A stretch of DNA of 32,000 nt from Trichodesmium erythraeum IMS101 (GTDB taxonomy: Bacteria > Cyanobacteriota > Cyanobacteriia > Cyanobacteriales > Microcoleaceae): NCBI RefSeq assembly GCF_000014265.1, contig NC_008312.1:1410001-1442000 (forward strand). The letters are read 5' to 3'. Both the position numbers and the translations under genes were made by a program. The notes under the pieces were generated by a model. That model did no database searches, was not told where the DNA came from, and worked only from the letters and a program-made list of their open reading frames with translations. Of the stretch, positions 17,401-25,655 are shown piece by piece. Position 1 is the stretch's first letter, and the number at the start of each line of letters is the position of its first letter.

Positions 17401-19596
17401 AACACCCTGATGCCAAAGTTGTTGATGAGTACCTCTTTCTAATACCTTTCCTTCTCTTAAAACAATAATTTCATCACAATCTCGAATTGTACTTAAACGG
17501 TGGGCAACCACAATACAAGCACAACCCCGACGACGTAAATTCTGATCAATAACTCTTTCAGTTTCCGCATCCAAACTACTCGTTGCTTCATCTAAAATTA
17601 AAATCCGAGGATTATTTACTAAAGCTCTAGCAATTTCCAAACGTTGTCTTTGACCACCCGATAAATTCACCCCACCTTCCAACAAATTAGCATCATAACC
17701 ACCAGATAAACTGATAATAAATTCGTGAATATTTGCATCCTTACAAGCCTGAGTCAAAGCCGAATTACTAATAGTTGGATTCCATAAAGTTAAATTTTCT
17801 CGAATTGTACCTTCAAATAAAGATATATCTTGTGCCACCATAGCCACCGACTTTGTTAAAACAGAACGAGGAATTTCTTGACGGGGAATATCATCAAATA
17901 AAACTTCTCCTAATAATGGTTGATATAAACCGCAAACTAAATTAGCAATAGTAGATTTTCCAGAACCACTTTTTCCCACCAAAGCAACTCTTGAACCAGG
18001 ATTAATCAACAAATTAAAATTGACAATTAATGGAGGCTTTAAAGGATTATAACCAAAAGTAATATCTCTAAGTTCAACTTTACCTTTTAATGGAGAATAT
18101 GGAATTAATAACCCGTTCGGAGCATTTTTTTTATCATAAAATGTCAGTTGTTCCAAATTATTTCCGGCTTCAACAACAGAATTTTCTACATCATTTTCTA
18201 CTGCTTCAGTAATTTCAATATCTTCATCAAGAGGATTATCCAAAACATCATCAAGACGTTCCAAACTTGCCTCCAACTCTTGTAAACTACTGGCAAAATT
18301 GATTAATTTGCCCAGAGGATTCAAAAAACCAGAAGCTACAGTTTGAAATGCCACTAACATCCCAATACTCATGTCTCCTGCCATAACCGTTAAACCTCCC
18401 AAAACCAAAATTATTGCAGAAGAAAGAGTACTTAAAAATGTTGGTAAAAGAGTTAAAATTTGAGTTTGAATATTTAATTTTTGTTCCTCATTCATCACCT
18501 GAGAATATATCCCCAAAATCCGGGAAAACATATAAGATTCTAAACCCCCCGCCTTGAGACTTTCAATTGCTCCTAAACTACCCAAAAGATAACCAGACAA
18601 TTTACCTTTTTTTTCGCTCAAATTCAAAGTTGCCTCAATCCGAAATTGTCGAAGCCAATATAATGCTGCCACATTAATCAAACCAAAAACTATAGTAATT
18701 CCAGCTAAAACTCCATTATAAAAACTCATTAAAACAGCATAAAATACCAACATTATCGTATCAATAAAAGTATTTGCAACCTGACTCAATAATTGTACAG
18801 TTGTGTCATTTAAAGCAGCCCGAGAACTAATATCTCCAGTAAATCTTTGGGCATAAAAATTCATAGGTAATCGTAACAGATGCCACATAAACTTACTATT
18901 CATAGTAATTGAAAGTTTAATAATTAACTTCCGCAAGAAAATATATTGCATCCTAGCAATAGTAAATTGTAGAATCGTAGTTACCGCCATTCCTACAAGT
19001 AAAGGACGGAGCCAACCTTGCAAACCCTCCACTAAAACTTGGTCAACAAAAACCAAACTAAAAGCCGGAATAATTAAACGAATTAAACTGAGAAAAAAAC
19101 CAGTAATAAAAGTAAAAACCAGAGCATTTTTCGAGTTTTGTAAACGAACTGCTAAATAAGCAATAAAATTTCTTTTTTTTCCTCCTTTAACAAACTCTTC
19201 CCCCGGTTCCATCTGCAAAACAATACCACTGTAAGATTGAGCAAATTCTTCCTTACTAACCTTGCGCCTACCCAATGCCGGATCATTCAGATAAGCAAAC
19301 TTTTTATCAAAACCTTCCACTACCAAAAAATGATTAAATTTCCAAAAAATAATCACAGGTAAATCAATTTCTTCTAAAAATTCAACGTTACTTTTTCCAC
19401 CCTTAGCTGTCAAACCATATTCCCTTGCCGTTCTGACAATTTGTCCGGCATTAGTACCATCTCGACTCACACCGCATTTACTGCGCAACTCCATTAAAGG
19501 AACTTGACGCCCATAATATTTCAGAATAATACCCAAGGATGCGGCGCCACATTCAGTAGCTTCTCTTTGTAAAAAAGGTTTTGTTTTTACTCTCAT
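14443..19596 (-). CDS. fused double ABC exporter: C39 peptidase-TMD-NBD, then cNMP-binding-like domain-C39-like domain-TMD-NBD (1,717 aa)
   Basis: C39 Cys (QREATECGAASLG) and His (NHFLVVEG). Two Walker A motifs (GKSGSGKST, GPSGSGKST), two signature motifs (LSGGQRQR, ISVGQRQR), and two Walker B motifs. The ATG at 19596 has AAGGA upstream and is preferred over the track's TTG at 19674. Confidence 0.95.
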   Translation of the reverse strand: MRVKTKPFLQREATECGAASLGIILKYYGRQVPLMELRSKCGVSRDGTNAGQIVRTAREYGLTAKGGKSNVEFLEEIDLPVIIFWKFNHFLVVEGFDKKFAYLNDPALGRRKVSKEEFAQSYSGIVLQMEPGEEFVKGGKKRNFIAYLAVRLQNSKNALVFTFITGFFLSLIRLIIPAFSLVFVDQVLVEGLQGWLRPLLVGMAVTTILQFTIARMQYIFLRKLIIKLSITMNSKFMWHLLRLPMNFYAQRFTGDISSRAALNDTTVQLLSQVANTFIDTIMLVFYAVLMSFYNGVLAGITIVFGLINVAALYWLRQFRIEATLNLSEKKGKLSGYLLGSLGAIESLKAGGLESYMFSRILGIYSQVMNEEQKLNIQTQILTLLPTFLSTLSSAIILVLGGLTVMAGDMSIGMLVAFQTVASGFLNPLGKLINFASSLQELEASLERLDDVLDNPLDEDIEITEAVENDVENSVVEAGNNLEQLTFYDKKNAPNGLLIPYSPLKGKVELRDITFGYNPLKPPLIVNFNLLINPGSRVALVGKSGSGKSTIANLVCGLYQPLLGEVLFDDIPRQEIPRSVLTKSVAMVAQDISLFEGTIRENLTLWNPTISNSALTQACKDANIHEFIISLSGGYDANLLEGGVNLSGGQRQRLEIARALVNNPRILILDEATSSLDAETERVIDQNLRRRGCACIVVAHRLSTIRDCDEIIVLREGKVLERGTHQQLWHQGVYYRQLLEMEEGSQDFRQDILPELRYQELGINREIKGENIVEKSLVSTRLLANLDSKTKYYFLEGNQPLIFEFPQIIWFVKSGAVEIFYSLELDGELIGNRHYLFTVKQGELIFNSDAQTQGKLLGIALEKAELIQINLANTDLNEDFQSLSGSLVEKWLNYLWESQNSKAKIQNLELIDESVDSIPKDFSLPSFGKSELPNFSEIVSINNNFCNYLHQVILAEEQTEIFNSQRLKTYNQRSQAETMQNFVSVLYNRKTTNSLVSDFNDLLLAAVGAIGRASQIEIKPPLTQRKNFQNTIPEKQSPADYQIYLQEIARASRCRIREVKLRDKWWQKNSGALLGWLKLENLPVALLPKNNQYFLYNPKTQTSIPINQNVAATLSSTAFTFYRPFPIQVKKVWDIFLFAIKGYEWDAIKVMILGTIISLMGMVTPQASAILINNAIPDSDKLLLWQIALGLLAVTVGKSLFSLLQGIMSIKVSQGMQINLQSGIYDRLFRLNPTFFREFSLGDLLTRIAAISQISGLVNSAVITTIFTGLFSLLNLGLMFVYSKKLALIVLIVGVISFLITLISGIILIRFEREQEKLSGKIQGLTVELINGIQKLRVAAAEVRAFAVWGKKFQPQIQLNNRIFQINDIISVINEVVSLVTSIVIYWFAIQIIISAAQTGTPGLNIGTFIAFNSAMGVFLGGVTSLSDTITDVIGIVPLWERAKSILDSPIEYNPNLAHPGKLQGHISIDNLTFSYHQKSKLIVGKTEENLPQFNGVTVLHNISLEVKPGEFVAIVGPSGSGKSTLFRLLLGFEQPQTGSIFYDGKNLAELDLEAVRQQLGVVLQNGQVITGSIYQNISSGELVSPQVAWEAAQKVGFADDIEKMPMGMHTIVSEGGGNISVGQRQRLLIARALILQPKIILLDEATSALDNKTQAIVTESLERLNVTRVVIAHRLSTIRNADVIYVMSQGRVVQKGRFDELMAQEGLFRRLVNRQLA

Positions 19597-19717
19597 TTTT
19601 TTTTCCTTAATTTTTTTTATTTGTGATAGAGATATAGCTAATAAAATATCAGCCTTCCCTTTCAACTTCAGCAAAATATATTGTCAAAATACGACTATGA
19701 TATAAAAGTACGCTTAT

Positions 19718-20425
19718 GATGTATAATTTTAATTTTAAGACAGATAAACAAAAGAAGAATTTTACACTATAATTAAATAACTAACATGTCTAGTTTTATG
19801 TCAATATCCTCTGATAAAATTTAATTAAATTATATATAAACTAACTAACTATTAAAATTATAAAATTATATTTTGCTTGTGAGATATTTGTATGAAATTT
19901 TCTCATATTCCTTTTTTTTCAAAAATTTAGCAGTAAAAAAAAGTAAAAACACTTGATGTATAATTTTAATTTTAAGACAGATAAACAAAAGAAGAATTTT
20001 ACACTATAATTAAATAACTAACATGTCTAGTTTTATGTCAATATCCTCTGATAAAATTTAATTAAATTATATATAAACTAACTAACTATTAAAATTATAA
20101 AATTAAAATTAATTAAAATAAAATTGTGAGATATTTGTATGAAATTTTCTCATATTCCTTTTTTTTTCAAAAATTTAGCAGTAAAAAAAAGTAAAAACAC
20201 TTGATGTATAATTTTAATTTTAAGTACAGATAAACAAAAGAAGAATTTTACACTATAATTAAATAACTAACATGTCTAGTTTTATGTCAATATCGTCTGA
20301 TAAAATTTAATTAAATTATATATAAACTAAATTATATTAAATTAAATATTTTGCTTGTGAAATATTTGTATAGAATTTTCTCATATTCCTTTTTTTTTCA
20401 AAAATTTAGCAGTAAAAACACTTAA
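19718..20425. repeat. tandem array of 3 units about 240 bp long, between the divergent exporter and cbiD genes
   Basis: The marker gatgtataattttaattttaag recurs at 19718, 19955 and 20203 (periods 237 and 248). Each unit has a perfect TATAAT (for example 19768-19773), and a weak hairpin plus a T8-9 run (for example 19912-19919) on the plus strand. Confidence 0.9.
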
Positions 20426-20591
20426 ATTTAAACATAAGTTTCAAGTTTAGTAGGTATGAAAAAACTTAGCTATATTAAGATTTATCTACTGACTTCAATA
20501 TCCTCTAAGAGATTAATTAACATTTTGACAGACGACAAATTTCAACACTGACCTAATTAATAAATAACTAATAACTAATAACTAATAACTG

Positions 20592-21749
20592 ATGACTGAA
20601 CCTATTGCTGAACCTATTGCTGGATATACTTTACCTGTATTTGCTTGTGCTGCTGCCGTAGCTGCTCTAGGTTGGCTACGTCAAAATGTTTCCTCTTCAT
20701 CTACTGTATCAATTAACTTACTAGAACCAAGAGAAATTGTTGATATTCCTATCCAACAGGTAGCTTTACTGAAAAATAATACTGCTTTAGCCGTTACTCG
20801 TTCCGATCCCGGTAATAATCTTGACCTAACTCATAATACTCCTATTTGGGCTATGGTAGAATTGGTAAAAGTTTGCCAAACTGACACTTCAGAAAAAATT
20901 GTGATTATAGGTGGAGAAGGAATAGGATATGATATTAATAGTAGAGAAGCAGCTATATATAATTATGCCCAACGACTGCTCCAAGAAAATCTTCAACCCT
21001 TGCTCAAGCAAAATGAACAAGTTATAGTCACTATTATCCTACCAGAGGGTCGTCAATTAGCGGCTCGGACTTCTAATTCTGCTTTTGGTATAGTTGAAGG
21101 TCTTTCTTTGTTAGGGACTACTGGGGTTTCTCAACCTTTAAGTGTGCCTGGACAACTTGAAGTTTACCAAGAGGAACTACAACAAAAGGCGGCGCAGTTT
21201 CAGAGTTTGGTGTTTTGTGTAGGGGAAAATGGTCTAGATATAGCCAGGAAAATGGGTATCTCTCCACAGCAGACCGTCAAAACAGCTAACTGGTTGGGCC
21301 CAATGTTAGTTGCTGCTGCTATTGCTGGAGTGGAGTATATTCTATTGTTAGGCTATCATGGTAAATTAATTAAGTTGGCTGGTGGAATTTTTCATACTCA
21401 TCACCATTTAGCTGATGGACGATTAGAAATTTTAACAGCTCACTGTGCAAATATAGGTGTACCTACTTCTGTAGTACAAAAAATTTTTGCTTGTCCTACA
21501 GCTGAGAGTGCTTTGAAGCTGCTGCGGAGTATAGATACAAATCAGAAAAATGATTTGGTAGGTAAGGTTTATGGAGCGATCGCTTCAAAAATTGACCAAC
21601 GTTGTCAAGCTTATATTTTTAATCATAGCCAAAAGCAAGTCCAAGTAGGTTCGATGTTATTTGACCGCGATCGGCAAATTTTCCTCAAAACTAAAGTTGC
21701 GGATCAAGTTTTTTCCCAAATTTTTTCCTTTGAAGATCATAAAAAATAA
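20592..21749 (+). CDS. cbiD: cobalt-precorrin-5B (C1)-methyltransferase
   Basis: GYTLPVFACAAAVAAL N-terminus and the GYHGKLIKLAGGIFHTHHHLADGRLEILTA block, both typical of CbiD. Confidence 0.9.
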   Translation: MTEPIAEPIAGYTLPVFACAAAVAALGWLRQNVSSSSTVSINLLEPREIVDIPIQQVALLKNNTALAVTRSDPGNNLDLTHNTPIWAMVELVKVCQTDTSEKIVIIGGEGIGYDINSREAAIYNYAQRLLQENLQPLLKQNEQVIVTIILPEGRQLAARTSNSAFGIVEGLSLLGTTGVSQPLSVPGQLEVYQEELQQKAAQFQSLVFCVGENGLDIARKMGISPQQTVKTANWLGPMLVAAAIAGVEYILLLGYHGKLIKLAGGIFHTHHHLADGRLEILTAHCANIGVPTSVVQKIFACPTAESALKLLRSIDTNQKNDLVGKVYGAIASKIDQRCQAYIFNHSQKQVQVGSMLFDRDRQIFLKTKVADQVFSQIFSFEDHKK

Positions 21750-21945
21750 AGAGTAGAAATTTTAAATAGTCAAGTTTAAGTTAGCTGGGGACCAACTAAT
21801 AATAACTGTTATTTAAGTTGGCTAAAAGAACTCAATAGTGTTTTAGTAAAATCATGAAAACTAGTAGAAACCGTTACTTAAGCTAGCTATGAGAACTATT
21901 ACTGTTGTGGAAAATCATTTATTATTTTCAAAGTACGCCAAGTAG

Positions 21946-22124
21946 GACTTACCAAAAATATCTAAGATCATCTGAGAAAATATTTCCGCTTGTTGCTGCC
22001 TTGTAAAGAAGAATTTATTAAACTAGGATTTTTCGAATACCATTATACAGACTTCCTTTTTCACATTCACTTTAAGTTCCAATAGTTTCCACGACTTAAC
22101 CAAGAAAATCTGTAAGTCCTGGAA
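21946..22124. repeat. pair of 9-10-bp inverted termini (aggacttac / gtaagtcct) related to the 13229-13317 element
   Basis: Direct reading. The arms are short, so support is weak. Confidence 0.3.
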
Positions 22125-22545
22125 TGAAATTACTGAAAAAAAATACGAGCTAGAGGAAAATTGTTGTGCCTGTATTGATGTTGGATTAGACAATTTAGCT
22201 ATATTAATTGTACTTCAAGCCGGAATTAAACCCAAGAGTGATAAATGGCAGACCATTAAAATCTATCAATAAATACTAAAAGAAAGTTAAGAGTTGAGCT
22301 TATCTTGCAATAAGTCCAGCAAAATCAATCAAGCCGACTACTAAAAAAGCTCAATATGTTAAAAAAAAAGAAAAGAGAATTCTCCCGACCGACTTATCTC
22401 CATAAGAGATTTAGAGGAACTTTGTGATTTTAGGCCTTTATACAGGAAGCACCAATATCAACTTAGGGAAAAGAAGATTTCAGATTTCTTGAAGTGTCCC
22501 CTATAATAAGTTAATTGAAATGTTATCTGATAAAGCCTCAACATG
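22100..22545 (+). pseudogene. heavily decayed IS200/IS605-family tnpB (OrfB) relic
   Basis: Fragments CIDVGLDNLAIL...KPKSDKWQTIKIYQ* and KREFSRPTYLHKRFRG resemble the TnpB blocks IDLGLNNLA..VNGRPLKSINQYYN and ..DYLHKASR. There are multiple stops and frameshifts. Confidence 0.55.
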
Positions 22546-23080
22546 CTTAGGGATAAGTGTAATTCTAAAAGCAAAAATCTTATAGTTCAAGATCAAGTTT
22601 TATAGATAATGATGTTCAAAAATTAAAATTGACTTGAATTATAAAAGGCCAAAAATATTAAGTCACTTTTTCTTCTAAAAAAGTAAAAAGAGAAATGCAC
22701 AAAGTAACACCAAAAAAAGATTAATCAAAGAGTAATGTGAAGATATCGGGATTGATCGAAAATTCCCACAATGAGAAAAGTAGCTCCCTTACGTTTTTGA
22801 CCATGATGGGATAATTAGTTTTATAGTTCACCCCCAAATTGAGTAACATCTGGAAAATAAGGATATGTCTTATGTGACTATATTTTTATGAACTATATAC
22901 CTATAAAAAACGAATCTACAAGCTTTTGTAGAAAGGCAGAAATTTTTTTTTACACTGAGAGTGTGTCAACAGAAAAATTTTTCTCACAATTATTTATTAG
23001 TTTGGCTAATAACTCAGAAAATAATTGTTACTAACACAAGAAAATTAATCATTAAAGTCCAACACAATAAAATATTAATC

Positions 23081-24688
23081 GTGACCCTAACAACACAGAC
23101 ACAAAAAAACTCAGATTCTCTCACTCAATTTAACCGTCAAATGATCGTAATTTTGGATTTTGGTTCTCAATATTCAGAACTAATTGCCCGCCGAATTCGG
23201 GAAACTCAAGTATATTCAGAGGTTATTTCTTACCGCACAACTGCAGCTAAACTGGCAGATATAAACCCCAAGGGAATCATTCTTTCTGGTGGGCCAAATT
23301 CTGTTTACGATGAAGGGGCACCTCATTGCGATCCCGAAATTTGGAATTTGGGAATACCCATTTTGGGTGTATGCTACGGTATGCAGTTAATGGTAAAACA
23401 ACTGGGCGGAGAAGTTGAACGCACTCAGTTAGCTGAATATGGTAAAGCATCTGTATCAATAGATGATCCTACAGATTTGCTAACAAATATAGAAGAAGGT
23501 ACAACTATGTGGATGAGTCATGGAGATTCTGTCACCAAAATGCCTTCTGGTTTTGAAGTATTAGCTCATACAGATAATACTCCTTGTGGAGCAATAGCTG
23601 ACCACAATAAAAAGCTCTATGGTACTCAGTTTCACCCAGAGGTAGTTCATTCTATTGGTGGTCAAGTATTAATTCGGAATTTTGTTTACCATATCTGCAA
23701 GTGTGAACCAACCTGGACGACAGAAGCTTTTGTAGAAGAAGCGATTCGAGAAATTAGAGCTAAAGTAGGGGATAAACGAGTATTATTAGCTCTGTCTGGA
23801 GGGGTAGACTCTTCGACTTTAGCATTTTTACTCCATCAGGCCATTGGAGATAAATTAACTTGTATGTTTATTGACCAAGGGTTTATGCGAAAGTATGAAC
23901 CAGAGAACTTGGTAAAAATATTTCACGAATCTTTTCATATATCAGTTAAATATGTGAATGCTCGCGATCGCTTCTTATCTATACTCAAAGGGGTCAGTGA
24001 TCCAGAAGAAAAACGGAAATTAATCGGCCATGAATTTATTCAAGTATTTGAAGAAGAGTCAAAACGTTTGGGACCTTTTGATTATCTAGCTCAAGGTACT
24101 CTTTATCCAGACGTGATTGAATCTGCTAATACGAATGTTGACCCCAAAACCGGGGAGCGAGTAGCGGTTAAAATTAAGAGTCATCACAATGTTGGTGGTT
24201 TGCCGAAAGATTTGAGATTTAAATTGGTCGAACCTTTGCGCAAACTATTTAAGGATGAAGTGAGAAACGTTGGTCGTTCTATTGGCTTACCAGAAGAAAT
24301 TGTGCGACGACATCCTTTTCCTGGCCCGGGATTAGCAATTCGGATTTTAGGGGAGGTTACAGACAAACGTTTGAAAATATTACGGGATGCTGATTTTATT
24401 GTGCGCGATGAAATTAGGCAGCAAGGTATGTATCATGATTTTTGGCAAGCGTTTGCTGTTTTGTTACCTATTCAAAGTGTTGGGGTAATGGGGGATCAAC
24501 GTACTTATGCTTACCCCATTGTTTTGCGGTTTGTTAAGAGTGAGGATGGAATGACTGCTGACTGGTCTCGTGTACCTTATGATTTGTTAGAAACTATTTC
24601 TAACCGCATTGTGAATGAGGTTAAGGGAGTTAATCGGGTGGTGTATGATATTACTTCTAAACCTCCAGGTACTATTGAGTGGGAATAA
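23081..24688 (+). CDS. guaA: glutamine-hydrolysing GMP synthase
   Basis: GATase motif [12 protein letters not shown]-PPase P-loop SGGVDSS, and C-terminal KPPGTIEWE. The conserved [15 protein letters not shown] suggests translation starts upstream of ATG 23141, so GTG 23081 was chosen. The track's 22961 start is unlikely. Confidence 0.93.
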   Translation: MTLTTQTQKNSDSLTQFNRQMIVILDFGSQYSELIARRIRETQVYSEVISYRTTAAKLADINPKGIILSGGPNSVYDEGAPHCDPEIWNLGIPILGVCYGMQLMVKQLGGEVERTQLAEYGKASVSIDDPTDLLTNIEEGTTMWMSHGDSVTKMPSGFEVLAHTDNTPCGAIADHNKKLYGTQFHPEVVHSIGGQVLIRNFVYHICKCEPTWTTEAFVEEAIREIRAKVGDKRVLLALSGGVDSSTLAFLLHQAIGDKLTCMFIDQGFMRKYEPENLVKIFHESFHISVKYVNARDRFLSILKGVSDPEEKRKLIGHEFIQVFEEESKRLGPFDYLAQGTLYPDVIESANTNVDPKTGERVAVKIKSHHNVGGLPKDLRFKLVEPLRKLFKDEVRNVGRSIGLPEEIVRRHPFPGPGLAIRILGEVTDKRLKILRDADFIVRDEIRQQGMYHDFWQAFAVLLPIQSVGVMGDQRTYAYPIVLRFVKSEDGMTADWSRVPYDLLETISNRIVNEVKGVNRVVYDITSKPPGTIEWE

Positions 24689-24716
24689 TATAGTACTACG
24701 GTTAACTCCTAAGTCG

Positions 24717-24745
24717 GTAGGGGGTTTGGCTATCAAACCCCCTAC
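24717..24745 (+). terminator. guaA intrinsic terminator hairpin
   Basis: GTAGGGGGTTTG-gctat-CAAACCCCCTAC is a 12-bp perfect stem. It lies 29 nt after the guaA stop and is followed by T-rich sequence. Confidence 0.75.
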
Positions 24746-25159
24746 TATATTTATTGAATAAATTGGAGTTGTGGGAGTTAGGAGTAGTAGGAGAAAATAA
24801 TCATCTATCATCTCCAAAAATTGACTAAACCCTTCTATCCTTTTACGAAAGCTTCTTAATCATTGTTAAACATACATAAGCGATCGCAATACTTTGGGAT
24901 GAGTTTGAATAATGCAAAATATTAACCCAAATTTACCAAAAAAGACAAGTAAATAATATCACTTGTTTTATGGTCAAAGCTACAACAACGACTTTGCTGT
25001 TTGTTTGCTTAGAAAAAAAGAAATTAAAAGTGTGTCAAGAGGAAGTAAAATAGTTATAAAATCCGAGTTTGTCTTTGATGTGGAATATCTGGCACTATAT
25101 AATATAATTGAAATTTTGAAATTTACCGTAAATACCAACTACTATCATAAAAAAAACAA

Positions 25160-25445
25160 ATGAAAGTCATTGAAGTAACAGGAACTTTTAACAAAAAAGG
25201 GCAATGATTCTTCGATCGCCATGTTTGGAAAATTCAGCCCCAGGAAAAGCGCGAGTTATACTACCCTCCCAGGAAAAGCGGGAGTTATACTACTCTTTCG
25301 CGAAGTAACAGAAAAAATTGAACTCGATCCAGATGATACTCCCGTTGCCAAAATAAAAGTTAGTCTCACAAGAACATTGCCAAAAGCAAAATCTAAACAA
25401 CCCATTTCCTTTTCTCAAATGTGGAAGGAAATAGATATCGAATAA
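25160..25445 (+). pseudogene. small ORF disrupted by a frameshift at an A-run and a 29-bp tandem duplication
   Basis: Three pieces lie in three frames: MKVIEVTGTFNKKGQ* (25160), MILRSPCLENSAPGKA.. (25204), and the track ORF ..PGKAGVILLFREVTEKIELDPDD... (25221). Removing one copy of the 29-nt repeat (about 25242-25299) rejoins the last two frames. Confidence 0.4.
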
Positions 25446-25655
25446 TATTCCTGTAGTTGAGATTGACTTAAAACCTAAAAAGAATAAGAAATCTGCGGAA
25501 ACTCTTCCCAAAATATCCTCCTATTGAGCTTAGATACTCAACCAGTTATCGAACAAATACTAAAGAAATAAATTTCGAGCGCGATCGCCTGAAGCGACGT
25601 TTTCAACCAAACTAAATTATTATGATAAATTTATGTAAAACACTGTAGTTCCATT

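Noticed and set aside
20426-20591. Cobalamin riboswitch upstream of cbiD.
   Set aside because: The region is almost pure AT, with an aactaat x4 microsatellite. No GC-rich B12-box-like core was seen.
22961-23080. Long N-terminal extension of guaA from GTG 22961, and the exporter start at TTG 19674.
   Set aside because: Both extensions are low-complexity K/I/N/T-rich sequence unlike the respective families. Better starts exist: GTG 23081 or ATG 23141 for guaA, and ATG 19596 with an AAGGA ribosome-binding site for the exporter.
24587-25511. ORFs 24587-24817(-), 24963-25163(+) and 25290-25511(-).
   Set aside because: The first overlaps the guaA 3' end and its terminator. The others are AT-rich with no ribosome-binding site or motif, and 25290-25511 is antisense to the reconstructed small pseudogene.
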